DNA of 24,936 nt from a virus. Lineage: Duplodnaviria > Caudoviricetes. Location of the stretch: IMG/VR virus record IMGVR_UViG_3300021971_000016, positions 1 to 24,936 of that record. One strand, given 5' to 3'. This document shows, piece after piece, positions 7,263-16,434 of this stretch; the first letter of the stretch is position 1, and each line of letters opens with the position of its first letter. The position numbers and the translations under genes were made by a program. Below the pieces are notes generated by a model that had not been told where the DNA came from, searched no databases, and saw only the letters and a program-made list of their open reading frames with translations.

Positions 7263-7673
7263 ATGGACTATGAAACATATATCAATCTAGGTTTCAAAAA
7301 ATTAGATAAAGATTCATTCGAAAAAGTTGTCACAGATTCGGAATTGCTAATCAGTAATGTGGTACATAATTATTATGATTCACACGACATCAACGATGAT
7401 TTAAACTCCGAAGACATTTTCACAAAATTCAAAGCCACTCAATACGAAAAAGCCATTTGTGTTCAGTGCGAATATGCGAACGAAGTCGGTGGTTCAAGTT
7501 TGCTTGAGCAACAACAATCCAACTTATCTGATGTAAGCATTGGCAGAACTCATTTATCGAGATCAAACAGCCCTACAAATGCGGTTACTTATGCTAATTC
7601 TGGTGTTTATCTACCAGCGTACGCATTGTTAAGTAGTACGGGGTTGCTATATTGTGGGGTCGATAGTCATTAA
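7263..7673 (+). CDS. Head-tail connector / adaptor protein
   Basis: Position after capsid; KAICVQCEY, VSIGRTHLS and TGLLYCGV motifs typical of this family. Confidence 0.78.
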   Translation: MDYETYINLGFKKLDKDSFEKVVTDSELLISNVVHNYYDSHDINDDLNSEDIFTKFKATQYEKAICVQCEYANEVGGSSLLEQQQSNLSDVSIGRTHLSRSNSPTNAVTYANSGVYLPAYALLSSTGLLYCGVDSH

Positions 7674-8019
7674 ACTGCCTACGATCCCTAAGAGCATGGC
7701 TAACCAGTCTGTTGTATTGCAATTGAAGACAGGGCAAACCGACGATTGGGGTAAAGATGAATATACAAAAATACCGATTACAAATTGCGTGGTTCAACCA
7801 CAGACAATTTATTCTGGAGATAGCAACAGCAGATCCATAGTTGCCAATGCTATTGTCTATTTTTATGCAAACGTCACTACTCCAATGCCTGTCTTAAACC
7901 GCAAACATGTAGGATCTATCATTACATTTGAAGGTCAAGATTTTACAATCAATCAGATTGTAGATAATCGTGATCCGTTCAGTAATGATGTATGGTCGTA
8001 TGAAGTCGAGGTTATATAA
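7654..8019 (+). CDS. Head closure / minor capsid protein (Minor_capsid_1-like)
   Basis: Synteny; DDWGKDEY and VWSYEVEVI motifs. Start uncertain (GTG 7654 or a non-canonical codon near 7669). Confidence 0.75.
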   Translation: MGSIVIKLPTIPKSMANQSVVLQLKTGQTDDWGKDEYTKIPITNCVVQPQTIYSGDSNSRSIVANAIVYFYANVTTPMPVLNRKHVGSIITFEGQDFTINQIVDNRDPFSNDVWSYEVEVI

Positions 8020-8382
8020 ATGGCAATAAGCGTAAATATAAACCTTAATGGTTTGAACAATTTAAATGGTCGTATTGATGATGGTCGTAAGTGGGCAGCC
8101 AACCAAGCGTTGGAGGAAATGAATGATTTTGTGCCTATGAAAAGAAGCCATTTACGGGATAGTGGAACGATTGATGATAATGGTTATACTATTCACTATG
8201 CAGAGCCGTATGCACATGCTCAATTTATTGGCTTGATAGATAATAAATATCCAATAAAAAATTACACAACTCCAGGAACTAGTAAACGCTGGGACTTACG
8301 ATTGAAGGGTGATGCTATGAAAATGCAAAATGTAGAAAAAGCACTTATAAACGGGGCGAACTTACGTGGATCTAATAAATAG
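8020..8382 (+). CDS. Neck / minor capsid protein (Minor_capsid_2-like)
   Basis: FVPMKRSHLRDS, PYAHAQF and NYTTPGTSKRWD motifs; synteny. Confidence 0.78.
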   Translation: MAISVNINLNGLNNLNGRIDDGRKWAANQALEEMNDFVPMKRSHLRDSGTIDDNGYTIHYAEPYAHAQFIGLIDNKYPIKNYTTPGTSKRWDLRLKGDAMKMQNVEKALINGANLRGSNK

Positions 8383-8761
8383 ATTATGTGATGCGCTAAA
8401 CACCATTAAGGATTTACCTATGAGGGTCAAAATTGGTTATATGCAACCCGATGACACTATTGGCTTATATCCCTTGCCAGGCTCGTCAGTTATTAGTCAA
8501 GACTGGGCTAACAATCAAACTAAACGAATGAATTATGAAATTGCTATAAGAACGAAAGATTCTGAACTAGCTAACGATTCATTATGGAAAATATCTAATT
8601 TTTTGGAACAAAAAAATAGCATTGAAAGTTCGGACGATAGCTTTCAATTTGAAAAGATTGAGCAGACGGGACTACCTAGCGTGTCGGAACAAGACATTCA
8701 AGGCTACACCGTTTATATGCTTGACTTTTTTGTAAATGTCGTCACAAATATAAATAAGTAG
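8366..8761 (+). CDS. Tail terminator / minor capsid protein (Minor_capsid_3-like)
   Basis: Immediately before the tail tube gene; YPLPGS...YEIAIRTKD and SDDSFQF motifs. Confidence 0.75.
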   Translation: MDLINRLCDALNTIKDLPMRVKIGYMQPDDTIGLYPLPGSSVISQDWANNQTKRMNYEIAIRTKDSELANDSLWKISNFLEQKNSIESSDDSFQFEKIEQTGLPSVSEQDIQGYTVYMLDFFVNVVTNINK

Positions 8762-8772
8762 GAGTATTAAAA

Positions 8773-9312
8773 ATGCCAGCAAAAACATTAACTAGACCCG
8801 AAAACTGGGTCAACAAATTCGAAGTAGATACTAATGGCGGTCAAGATCCAGTAGCAGACGCAGAAAAAGCTAGTTGGGTACCTATTTCACAAGGATTATT
8901 AACTGCAACACCTGCTTCTAATGAAACAGCAGACACACAATCATTCTGGAGTGATAAAGGCTTTTCTGAAACTGATATCACAGGTAAGCGTGTGACATTT
9001 GCAATGTCATTCCAACGTGTTGTTGGAGATCCCGCACAAGATTATATTGCTTCCAAGTTCTTAGCAATGGGCGACCAATTACGCACATTATTCCGCTGGA
9101 CTGATCAAGCAGGAAACACAGTTACTGCCAACGCAACTATGACTGTTATTGTTCCATTCGGTGGTAATGCTAATGCACGTCAAACAATGTCTGTCACATT
9201 CTCATTGAATGGAGTGCCTGTGATTGGTACTGGTGGCACAAATAATGACACTGGCGATGGAGCAAACGGTACAGCACCAGCGCCAAGCCAACCAAAACCA
9301 GTACAAGGTTAA
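8773..9312 (+). CDS. Major tail (tube) protein
   Basis: SD AGGAG; ETDITGKRVTF...RVVGDPAQDYIA motif; synteny. Confidence 0.88.
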   Translation: MPAKTLTRPENWVNKFEVDTNGGQDPVADAEKASWVPISQGLLTATPASNETADTQSFWSDKGFSETDITGKRVTFAMSFQRVVGDPAQDYIASKFLAMGDQLRTLFRWTDQAGNTVTANATMTVIVPFGGNANARQTMSVTFSLNGVPVIGTGGTNNDTGDGANGTAPAPSQPKPVQG

Positions 9313-9413
9313 ACATCTACACCTAAATAATTTTATGATTAAATAGCAATAATCGCCTAAGAAATAAACAGTATTCGGCAAACGAAGGCGGTCTTTAAGA
9401 AAGGATTTTCAGA

Positions 9414-9809
9414 ATGGCAATCAACGTAAATATTGATAATCAATTAGCACTTAAATATTCATTTATCGTAGGTGGTAAGCAGCGCAATTTAACTTTTGAT
9501 GATACTTGTGCTTTGGAATTGGATCGAGTTCAAATTAAAGTTCAAAAGATTGTCGCTAAAGTGGACAAGCTAGAAGCTAAAGACGTAGAAAAGAAAACAG
9601 TAGATGAACAAGTTAAGCTAGTGTCCGAATTGTATAAAGAAATTCGAGAAGCTATTATTCCGTTTTTCGATAAGTATTTTGGCAAAGGTCAAGGTCAAGA
9701 AATTTACGAGTATGCTAACCATTCAACACGAGCATTAGCAACTATCTTTGGTAAGATTGCAAGCTACTTAGATAAAGTCGAAATTGCAAGCAATAAGAAC
9801 AAGAAATAG
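9414..9809 (+). CDS. Tail assembly chaperone
   Basis: First of two genes between tail tube and tape measure; FFDKYFGKGQGQEIY motif. Confidence 0.7.
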   Translation: MAINVNIDNQLALKYSFIVGGKQRNLTFDDTCALELDRVQIKVQKIVAKVDKLEAKDVEKKTVDEQVKLVSELYKEIREAIIPFFDKYFGKGQGQEIYEYANHSTRALATIFGKIASYLDKVEIASNKNKK

Positions 9810-9818
9810 GGTGCAATA

Positions 9819-10457
9819 GTGCTGTCATTAACAGAAGGATTAGACAATACAATAGAAACCAAAATAGGTCTATTGAAGGTCAATCTACCTTTTAACAATG
9901 TTTTGAAATGGTATGAAATTCTTGATAAAGACGACATCATTTTGACCGAAAAGTTTCGTATAGGCTGGAACTTATTCTTAGGTGCTGATACGTTGAGTTT
10001 TAATGATCTTGAAGATTATGAGGTATCGGCGGACGCTTTAAAGTCCATTACTGACTATATATCCGAAGATCCATATCAAAAAGTAAGTAAAGACGATGAT
10101 TATAATGAGTTGGATCAATCAAATATCGAACCGACAAAATGGTTCAGTTATCAACAAGACGCAGAAGCAATTTATGCATCTTTTTTGTTTGATTACAACA
10201 TCGACCTTCTGGATTCTATCGACAAATTGCGTTGGGAGAAGTTCAGAGCGCTTTTTAACAACTTGTCTAGTAAGTCACCGCTCATGAGAATTATTGACAT
10301 TAGACAAACAGATACGAGTGAGTATGAAGGCAAGGCATTAAGCGACCTTGTTCAAGCACAACAATACTATTCATTGAATGATTCAAGCGTCGATTCGCTT
10401 AATCAACAGGTTAATGATATGTATACAATGCTAAAAAATATGGCGAAAAATAATTAA
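9819..10457 (+). CDS. Gp15-family tail assembly chaperone (A118 gp15-like)
   Basis: FSYQQDAEAIYASFLFDYNIDL...LRWEKFRALF...IIDIR motif; directly before the tape measure gene. Confidence 0.85.
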   Translation: MLSLTEGLDNTIETKIGLLKVNLPFNNVLKWYEILDKDDIILTEKFRIGWNLFLGADTLSFNDLEDYEVSADALKSITDYISEDPYQKVSKDDDYNELDQSNIEPTKWFSYQQDAEAIYASFLFDYNIDLLDSIDKLRWEKFRALFNNLSSKSPLMRIIDIRQTDTSEYEGKALSDLVQAQQYYSLNDSSVDSLNQQVNDMYTMLKNMAKNN

Positions 10458-10490
10458 GATACTTGGTCAGAAAGGGAGTGAAATTAATAA

Positions 10491-13400
10491 ATGTCAACAG
10501 AAGCAGACGGAACAATTAATATTGATCTTGTTTTAAACAAGGATAAATTCACACCCGACCTCGAATCTGCTAAGGCTTTAATCCAAAACTTTGGTTCGAA
10601 TGCTGGGGATCAAATGGACAGTTCGTTCAGCGAAAATGCGTCAAAGGTTTCGAATAAAGCTAAAGAAACACATGAAAAGGTCAAGTCTGATTTAGGCGAC
10701 AAAGTAACACAAAAAATAGACGCTGACGATAATCAAGCTAAAGAAGTTATTAAACGTATTAAGAGTGAAGAAGAATCACTCAAAAAGCCTGTGGAGGTGC
10801 GAATCAAGGCGAATTTTTCAGAACTAAATCAAAGCATTGGTTCAGCTAAGAATAAATTCACACCCGACTTAGAATCTGCTAAGCTCTTAATCCAAGATTT
10901 TGGTTCAAATGCTGGAAATAAAATGAACATTTCATTTAGTGAAAATGCGTCAAAGGTTTTGAGTAAAGCTAAAGAAGCACACGAAAAGGTCAAGGCTGAT
11001 TTAGATAAAAAAGTAACGCAAAAAATAGATGCTGACGATAAGCAAACCGAAGAAGCTATTAAACGTATTAAGCATGAAGAGGAAGCCCTTAAAAAGCCCG
11101 TTACGGTACGAATTAAAGCAAACTTTTCAGAGTTCAAGCATAACGTTGGTTCAGCTATGGACAAGATCCGAGATTTACGTGATCAGTCAGTAAAAGTTAA
11201 GGGTGCATTTAGTGGAGCTTTCGGTGGTGCTTTCTTAGGCAATTTGGCTTCTAATGCTTGGGGTACAATTACCAGTCACATTAACGAAGCTAAAGATGCA
11301 ATCGTTGAATATAACAACAAGCAGCAAGTTATGAACGCTACTTGGAAAACCTTAACAGGTAGCGCTAAAGACGGTCGCGCTATGGTTGATATGGTCAACG
11401 ATATGTCTACATCACTTGGACAAGATGTTGATGTAACAGACGAATTGGCTCAACAGTTCTATCACGTTTACGACAATAAACCACAAACAGAAAAACTGAC
11501 AAAGTCATTCCTAACAATGGGTGATGCAATTGGTATGTCTGGAGATAGATTAAAACAAGTTGGACTTGATTTTACACATACAATGTCTTCTGGCATTATG
11601 CAGCTTGGCGATTTTAACCAAATGACTGATGCTTTTCCAATGTATGGTAAAGCATTATTAGATTATGAAAAGAAGTTACAGCATAATTCTAGTTTGACCA
11701 TGAGTCAGTTAAGAAAACAAATGTCGGACGGAAAGATTTCGGCACAAGATGCTGCCGCCGTATTCAATAGTTTGGGCGACAAGTACAAGGATTCAGCCGA
11801 AAACTTAATGCAAACGTTGCCTGGTATGACACGCAAGTTGAAATCACAAATACCAAAATTGTTTAATGATATGGTTTCACCTATTCTAAACGCTAGAAAT
11901 CCTATCTTTGAGCAAGTTTCCAAATGGTCGTCGGATCCAAAGACTGAAACAGCATTCCAAAAACTAGGCACTAAAGTTAGTGGAGGAATGACTAAAGTCA
12001 TGAAAGCGTTTGGAAGTCAAGCGGGTAATAAGTCATTGTCTGATATTCTCGATGGCTTGATTGGTAAAATTGGTAACGGTTTGGCAAGTTCACTTGATTG
12101 GATTTCTAAACACGCTAAAGCAATTACAGAAATATTCAAGGGTATTGGATCAATCGGATCTAACTTGACAATTGGATTTATTGACGGTCTAACTGGAATG
12201 TTCAAGGGTTTAACACATGCTAAGGGTGATGGCGTAAATGCCATTGCTGATGGTATTTCTAGGATTGCAAAACATAAGACGGCTATTCAAGTCATTGGTG
12301 CCGTGCTTGCTGGTATGTGGGCAGTATCTAAGGTCACAAACTACATTCTGAAAGTTCAATCGTTGATTAAAGTATTGGGAGCGTTAAAGAAAGTTGCTCT
12401 AGGATCAACAGTGGCGCAAGGTGCAGAAGGTGCAGAAGCCGGTGGTGCTGGATTGCTTGGAAAGATTGGCAGTTCTAGTAAACTTGGCAATGCTTTAGCT
12501 ATTGGTAAAAGTATCGGTGGCAAGTTAGTAGCTGGATTAACGATCGCACTTGATGCATTCGATATTTATAAAGGGCTAACATCGAAGAGCCGTAATTACA
12601 AATTTACTGAAACTGGTAAAGGTATCGGTGGTTTAATTGGTGCTGGTATTGGTTTCGCTTTTCTTGGTCCAACTGGAGCAGTTATTGGCAGTATTTTGGG
12701 AAACCTTGCTGGTAAGTGGGCTGGTATTGCAACGCTTAAATTCTCAAATGGTTGGAACGATTGGGCAAAAGGATATAAACCTAAAGGAATCATTGCTAAA
12801 ATTGGATTCAATACACATGAAGCTATTAATAACTGGAACAATATCATTGCTAAGATGGAACGTAATCACCCAATAATTTCTTTCGGGATTCGTGTTACAA
12901 AGGGAAGCATTGTAAGTGAGTTTAGCCTCATCAAAGATATGTTTAAGGTTTATTTTGGTATAAAGTCTTCTATTTGGGATATTCTTTCAGACGCAATCAC
13001 AGGACGATTTGACAAGATCTTTCCAGATTTAAAGAAACGTTGGACTGGACTATTTAAGAGCTTTGCAGATGATATTAACAACATTAAAAATGCGTTCACA
13101 AGTGATAATTCAGAAACTCGCAGGGGTCAATCAAATACTCATGCTAGTAAAGGCGCTGTTTCAAGTCTTTCAGATCCAATGCGTGGCAATGGAGCTGGTA
13201 ATGGATTTAATCCAAACATAAATTTGGGTACAGTACCCAGAAGAAGAAGTTCAGCTCCTAGAGTGTCAGCACCAAAGAGAAACCAGGGTGCAAGCACTGA
13301 AAGAACCATCAAAAAGGTTGCTACTGAAAGAACTGTAACATCTAAAGATGTTGCGAATGTCAAGGCAATGGCTAAGGCTATTGGGACGTATGACCGTGCT

Positions 13401-15578
13401 ATTAAGACACTAAAGAAAGATGTCAGACACTTCCCAGCTTTAAAAATTGGTAACAGTGCAAAACAAATCAGAAAACAAATTTCATCAATCAAAAAGTATG
13501 ATGGACAGATTAAAAGATCCGAACGTACCATGAAGAAATATTCGAAGACATTTTCGGGTGTTAACAAGTCGCTTAGATCTATCACAAGACAATTTACTTT
13601 GCTAGAGAAATTCAATAAGTCTTTTGGTAAGAAAGATGCTTTCAGCAAGTTAAATTCTGATTTAAAGACTTTACATAAGACTTTGAGAAAAAATGATATT
13701 GTCAAGGATTTCAAGAAACTTAACACAGGGTTAAAGAAAAACAATCCTAGCAAAGTAATTGATAAGATTAATCGTGAAATTAAGAAAAGCATACCTATAT
13801 GGAGAAAGTTCGCTCGACAAGTCAATATAGTAAGCAGAGCGTTTAAGACGCTAAATACTTTCAGCAGTAGAATGAGCAAGACTGATCCTTTTAGAAAGCT
13901 CAATACCGATTTGATGCGCTTATCAAGGACATTAAAGAAATATGACTTCGGTAAGATGCTGCAAAAAGAGGTCAACGAAGCTAATAACGCTACTAAGAGA
14001 GCTAAGTTTGCTAACCAGTTCGATTCACAAGTTACAAAGATCATTAGAAAGCTAAGTAGTTTCAGAAGGACATTTATTAGAGATTGGGGAAATGTTTGGA
14101 CAAAAGCTGAAAGCGAAGAAAAGTCAAAGACAAGTAGGCTAGATCCAACATTTTCTAATGAAACAAATAAAATTCTTAGTACAGAAAGCAAGTTTTCTAG
14201 CAAGTTCTTAAATACTTGGAGTTCATGGCTTAATTCAATGACTAAGTCGTTCAAGAGTGCTTTCGATAGTTTGCCTGGAATGGCAAGTAGAGAAATGAGT
14301 AAGGTTATCGCTCAAATTAATAAAGGCATTGGAAGTGTCAATACCGTTATTGGTGCTTTTGGAGGTAAAAAGCTAGGACTTGCAAAATATGCAACTGGTA
14401 CATCTGGTACTGGCGGTGGTCTTGCTGTCGTTGGTGAGCAAGGTTACGAGCTAGCTTATGACAAGCGACATGGTATCTATCCAGTAGGTACAAAAGGCGA
14501 AGAGATTCGTTACTTGGATAGAGATACATCAATCATGCCACATGATATGTCTAATCAATTCATGTCTATGGTTGCTGGATTGCCACACCATGCAAGCGGT
14601 AAAGGCGATGCTAAAGGCGACATGATGGATTATTTGATTACTCACTTAGATAAGATCAAAAAGAATCCAATGCCGTTGCTAACTAAAACATTTAATAAAA
14701 AAGCTAAGTTTTCCGGAAGTGAGTTCGAACGTAAATTTGGACCAGCACTAGAAAAAGGCTTTTTAAAGGCTATATCCGAGCCGTTTAAAAAAGAATTAGC
14801 TGACATGGACTTTTCCATGGGTGGCAACTACGATCCTAAAATGATTAAGGCCGCTGCCGCTATGATGAAAGTTAATCCAAGTGATTCATTCATTAAGATG
14901 CTACAATCCGTTATCCAATCAGAATCGGGTGGACGTAACGTCATTCAACAAATTCATGATCAGAACTCTGGTGGTAATGAAGCTCGTGGTATCTTGCAAT
15001 ACACGCCACCAACATTCGGTTACTATGCTGTTCCAGGTCACAAGAACATCATGAATCCATTTGATCAATTGCTAGCATTCTTTAACAACTCCGATTGGCA
15101 AAGTTCCATTGGTCCTACATCAATTTGGGGACATGCTAAGATTGACTGGCTACATTCTGGACCACAAGGCCGTCCAAGATTTGGTAATGGTGGCTGGTCT
15201 GATAAAGAAGCTATTTTTGGAGAGATTCCAGGCGAACCAGAAGTCGCTATTAATCCTAATAGAAATAGTGCGGATCGCTTAATCATGGAAGCAATCCAGA
15301 AGCGTGTTGAAAAGAATCCTAACGGTATACTTGCAAGAACTATCAGAACGATTCACAATTCTAGAAACCAAGCATATGAGTTTGCTGGAAAGAGTATCGC
15401 AAACAATAATGCTGCGGTTGCAAGTGGAAACATTGGAATTAATTCTAAGAGTCTTGGCAATATTACGGTCAACACGTTGCTTGACAATGGTGTGATCGTA
15501 CAAGGTACATATCCACTAATAAAAGCAATGCAAGCTAAAGAAATTAACTTACAGGCTAAGAAAGGCGGTCTACATTAA
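10491..15578 (+). CDS. Tape measure protein with C-terminal lytic transglycosylase (SLT-like) domain
   Basis: 1695 aa; N-terminal ADGTINID; tape-measure domain (NATWKTLTGS...); Gly/Ala-rich hydrophobic segments; catalytic IQSESGG and GILQY motifs near 14900-15000. Confidence 0.95.
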   Translation: MSTEADGTINIDLVLNKDKFTPDLESAKALIQNFGSNAGDQMDSSFSENASKVSNKAKETHEKVKSDLGDKVTQKIDADDNQAKEVIKRIKSEEESLKKPVEVRIKANFSELNQSIGSAKNKFTPDLESAKLLIQDFGSNAGNKMNISFSENASKVLSKAKEAHEKVKADLDKKVTQKIDADDKQTEEAIKRIKHEEEALKKPVTVRIKANFSEFKHNVGSAMDKIRDLRDQSVKVKGAFSGAFGGAFLGNLASNAWGTITSHINEAKDAIVEYNNKQQVMNATWKTLTGSAKDGRAMVDMVNDMSTSLGQDVDVTDELAQQFYHVYDNKPQTEKLTKSFLTMGDAIGMSGDRLKQVGLDFTHTMSSGIMQLGDFNQMTDAFPMYGKALLDYEKKLQHNSSLTMSQLRKQMSDGKISAQDAAAVFNSLGDKYKDSAENLMQTLPGMTRKLKSQIPKLFNDMVSPILNARNPIFEQVSKWSSDPKTETAFQKLGTKVSGGMTKVMKAFGSQAGNKSLSDILDGLIGKIGNGLASSLDWISKHAKAITEIFKGIGSIGSNLTIGFIDGLTGMFKGLTHAKGDGVNAIADGISRIAKHKTAIQVIGAVLAGMWAVSKVTNYILKVQSLIKVLGALKKVALGSTVAQGAEGAEAGGAGLLGKIGSSSKLGNALAIGKSIGGKLVAGLTIALDAFDIYKGLTSKSRNYKFTETGKGIGGLIGAGIGFAFLGPTGAVIGSILGNLAGKWAGIATLKFSNGWNDWAKGYKPKGIIAKIGFNTHEAINNWNNIIAKMERNHPIISFGIRVTKGSIVSEFSLIKDMFKVYFGIKSSIWDILSDAITGRFDKIFPDLKKRWTGLFKSFADDINNIKNAFTSDNSETRRGQSNTHASKGAVSSLSDPMRGNGAGNGFNPNINLGTVPRRRSSAPRVSAPKRNQGASTERTIKKVATERTVTSKDVANVKAMAKAIGTYDRAIKTLKKDVRHFPALKIGNSAKQIRKQISSIKKYDGQIKRSERTMKKYSKTFSGVNKSLRSITRQFTLLEKFNKSFGKKDAFSKLNSDLKTLHKTLRKNDIVKDFKKLNTGLKKNNPSKVIDKINREIKKSIPIWRKFARQVNIVSRAFKTLNTFSSRMSKTDPFRKLNTDLMRLSRTLKKYDFGKMLQKEVNEANNATKRAKFANQFDSQVTKIIRKLSSFRRTFIRDWGNVWTKAESEEKSKTSRLDPTFSNETNKILSTESKFSSKFLNTWSSWLNSMTKSFKSAFDSLPGMASREMSKVIAQINKGIGSVNTVIGAFGGKKLGLAKYATGTSGTGGGLAVVGEQGYELAYDKRHGIYPVGTKGEEIRYLDRDTSIMPHDMSNQFMSMVAGLPHHASGKGDAKGDMMDYLITHLDKIKKNPMPLLTKTFNKKAKFSGSEFERKFGPALEKGFLKAISEPFKKELADMDFSMGGNYDPKMIKAAAAMMKVNPSDSFIKMLQSVIQSESGGRNVIQQIHDQNSGGNEARGILQYTPPTFGYYAVPGHKNIMNPFDQLLAFFNNSDWQSSIGPTSIWGHAKIDWLHSGPQGRPRFGNGGWSDKEAIFGEIPGEPEVAINPNRNSADRLIMEAIQKRVEKNPNGILARTIRTIHNSRNQAYEFAGKSIANNNAAVASGNIGINSKSLGNITVNTLLDNGVIVQGTYPLIKAMQAKEINLQAKKGGLH
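10543..11160 (+). repeat. 309-bp (103-aa) diverged tandem duplication in the tape measure N-terminus
   Basis: ATAAATTCACACCCGAC at 10543 and 10852; both copies end in TTGGTTCAGCTA; protein KFTPDLESAK...RIKANFSE occurs twice. Confidence 0.92.
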
Positions 15579-16405
15579 TGGCTGAAAGTATTCTCGTTCA
15601 AAGATTAGACGGAACAACATATAATCTTGATGATCTAGGTATTCGTGTCATTAGTTTTGACCCGCCTAGTCCGAATTATCAATACACTTTTACTCAAATT
15701 CATAAGTTAAAAGCAACATTGACAGATACACAAGTACAGCAAACAACGATACCGCTAGTTGTAAGGGTTAAAGCTAAAAACGTATATGACTATGAATTAA
15801 TGCGTCAAAGAGTTATGAAGATCTTTGCTGGCTACGAATCGTTTTATGTCATCAATATGCGGATTCCTACAATGCGTTGGAAGGTACGTGCGGAAGCGTT
15901 CGGCTTTCCAAGACAAGGGAACTTTTGGTATTCACAACCAATCACGATAAACCTTGTTTGTGGAGAAGGATTCGCAGAATCGACATTTACAACTGCTGAC
16001 AATGATTTCACAGTTCCAAGTGGTTCGATGAGTTGGGGAATTGGCGTTCCGAGTGATGAAAAGATCACTTATAAGTTTGCTAATCAAAACAGTTTTAATT
16101 TCTGGAACTTGGGACATATTCCACTCAATGCTGATGAGCGACCAGTCCTTATTGAATTTAACGGCAATGTTGGATCACAATTGACGATAGAAAATAAAAC
16201 CACCAATCAGACGCTAACTTTTAGTAAATCGTTGAATAGTGGCAATAATTTAAAGATTTATGGAATGAAACCCGTCTTAGATGGAGCGCCCGCGTTCCAA
16301 TATAGTAGTCATGAATACCTAGATTTTGCAGTAGGAAAAAATGAGATTGTTGTAAGTGGAGCACAGAACTGGTCTATGAGCTTCACTACGAGATTTTATT
16401 ATTAG
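15578..16405 (+). CDS. Distal tail protein (Dit)
   Basis: Follows the tape measure with TAATG overlap; Sipho_tail-like, ending GKNEIVVSG...FTTRFYY. Confidence 0.88.
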   Translation: MAESILVQRLDGTTYNLDDLGIRVISFDPPSPNYQYTFTQIHKLKATLTDTQVQQTTIPLVVRVKAKNVYDYELMRQRVMKIFAGYESFYVINMRIPTMRWKVRAEAFGFPRQGNFWYSQPITINLVCGEGFAESTFTTADNDFTVPSGSMSWGIGVPSDEKITYKFANQNSFNFWNLGHIPLNADERPVLIEFNGNVGSQLTIENKTTNQTLTFSKSLNSGNNLKIYGMKPVLDGAPAFQYSSHEYLDFAVGKNEIVVSGAQNWSMSFTTRFYY

Positions 16406-16434
16406 GGGGTGCAATTATCTTATACATATCAGAT

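Noticed and set aside
7200-7273. Programmed frameshift adding an Ig-like domain to the capsid protein
   Set aside because: Only 26 nt separate the capsid stop from the next gene, leaving no room for an added domain.
13139-14254. 371-aa minus-strand ORF, and the other antisense or nested ORFs in the track
   Set aside because: Shadow frames of structural genes; the Leu/Phe richness simply mirrors AAA/AAG Lys codons on the + strand, with no recognisable motifs.
16345-16434. -1 frameshift fusing Dit to Tal
   Set aside because: The -1 frame is open, but there is no canonical slippery heptamer, and a strong SD explains independent initiation.
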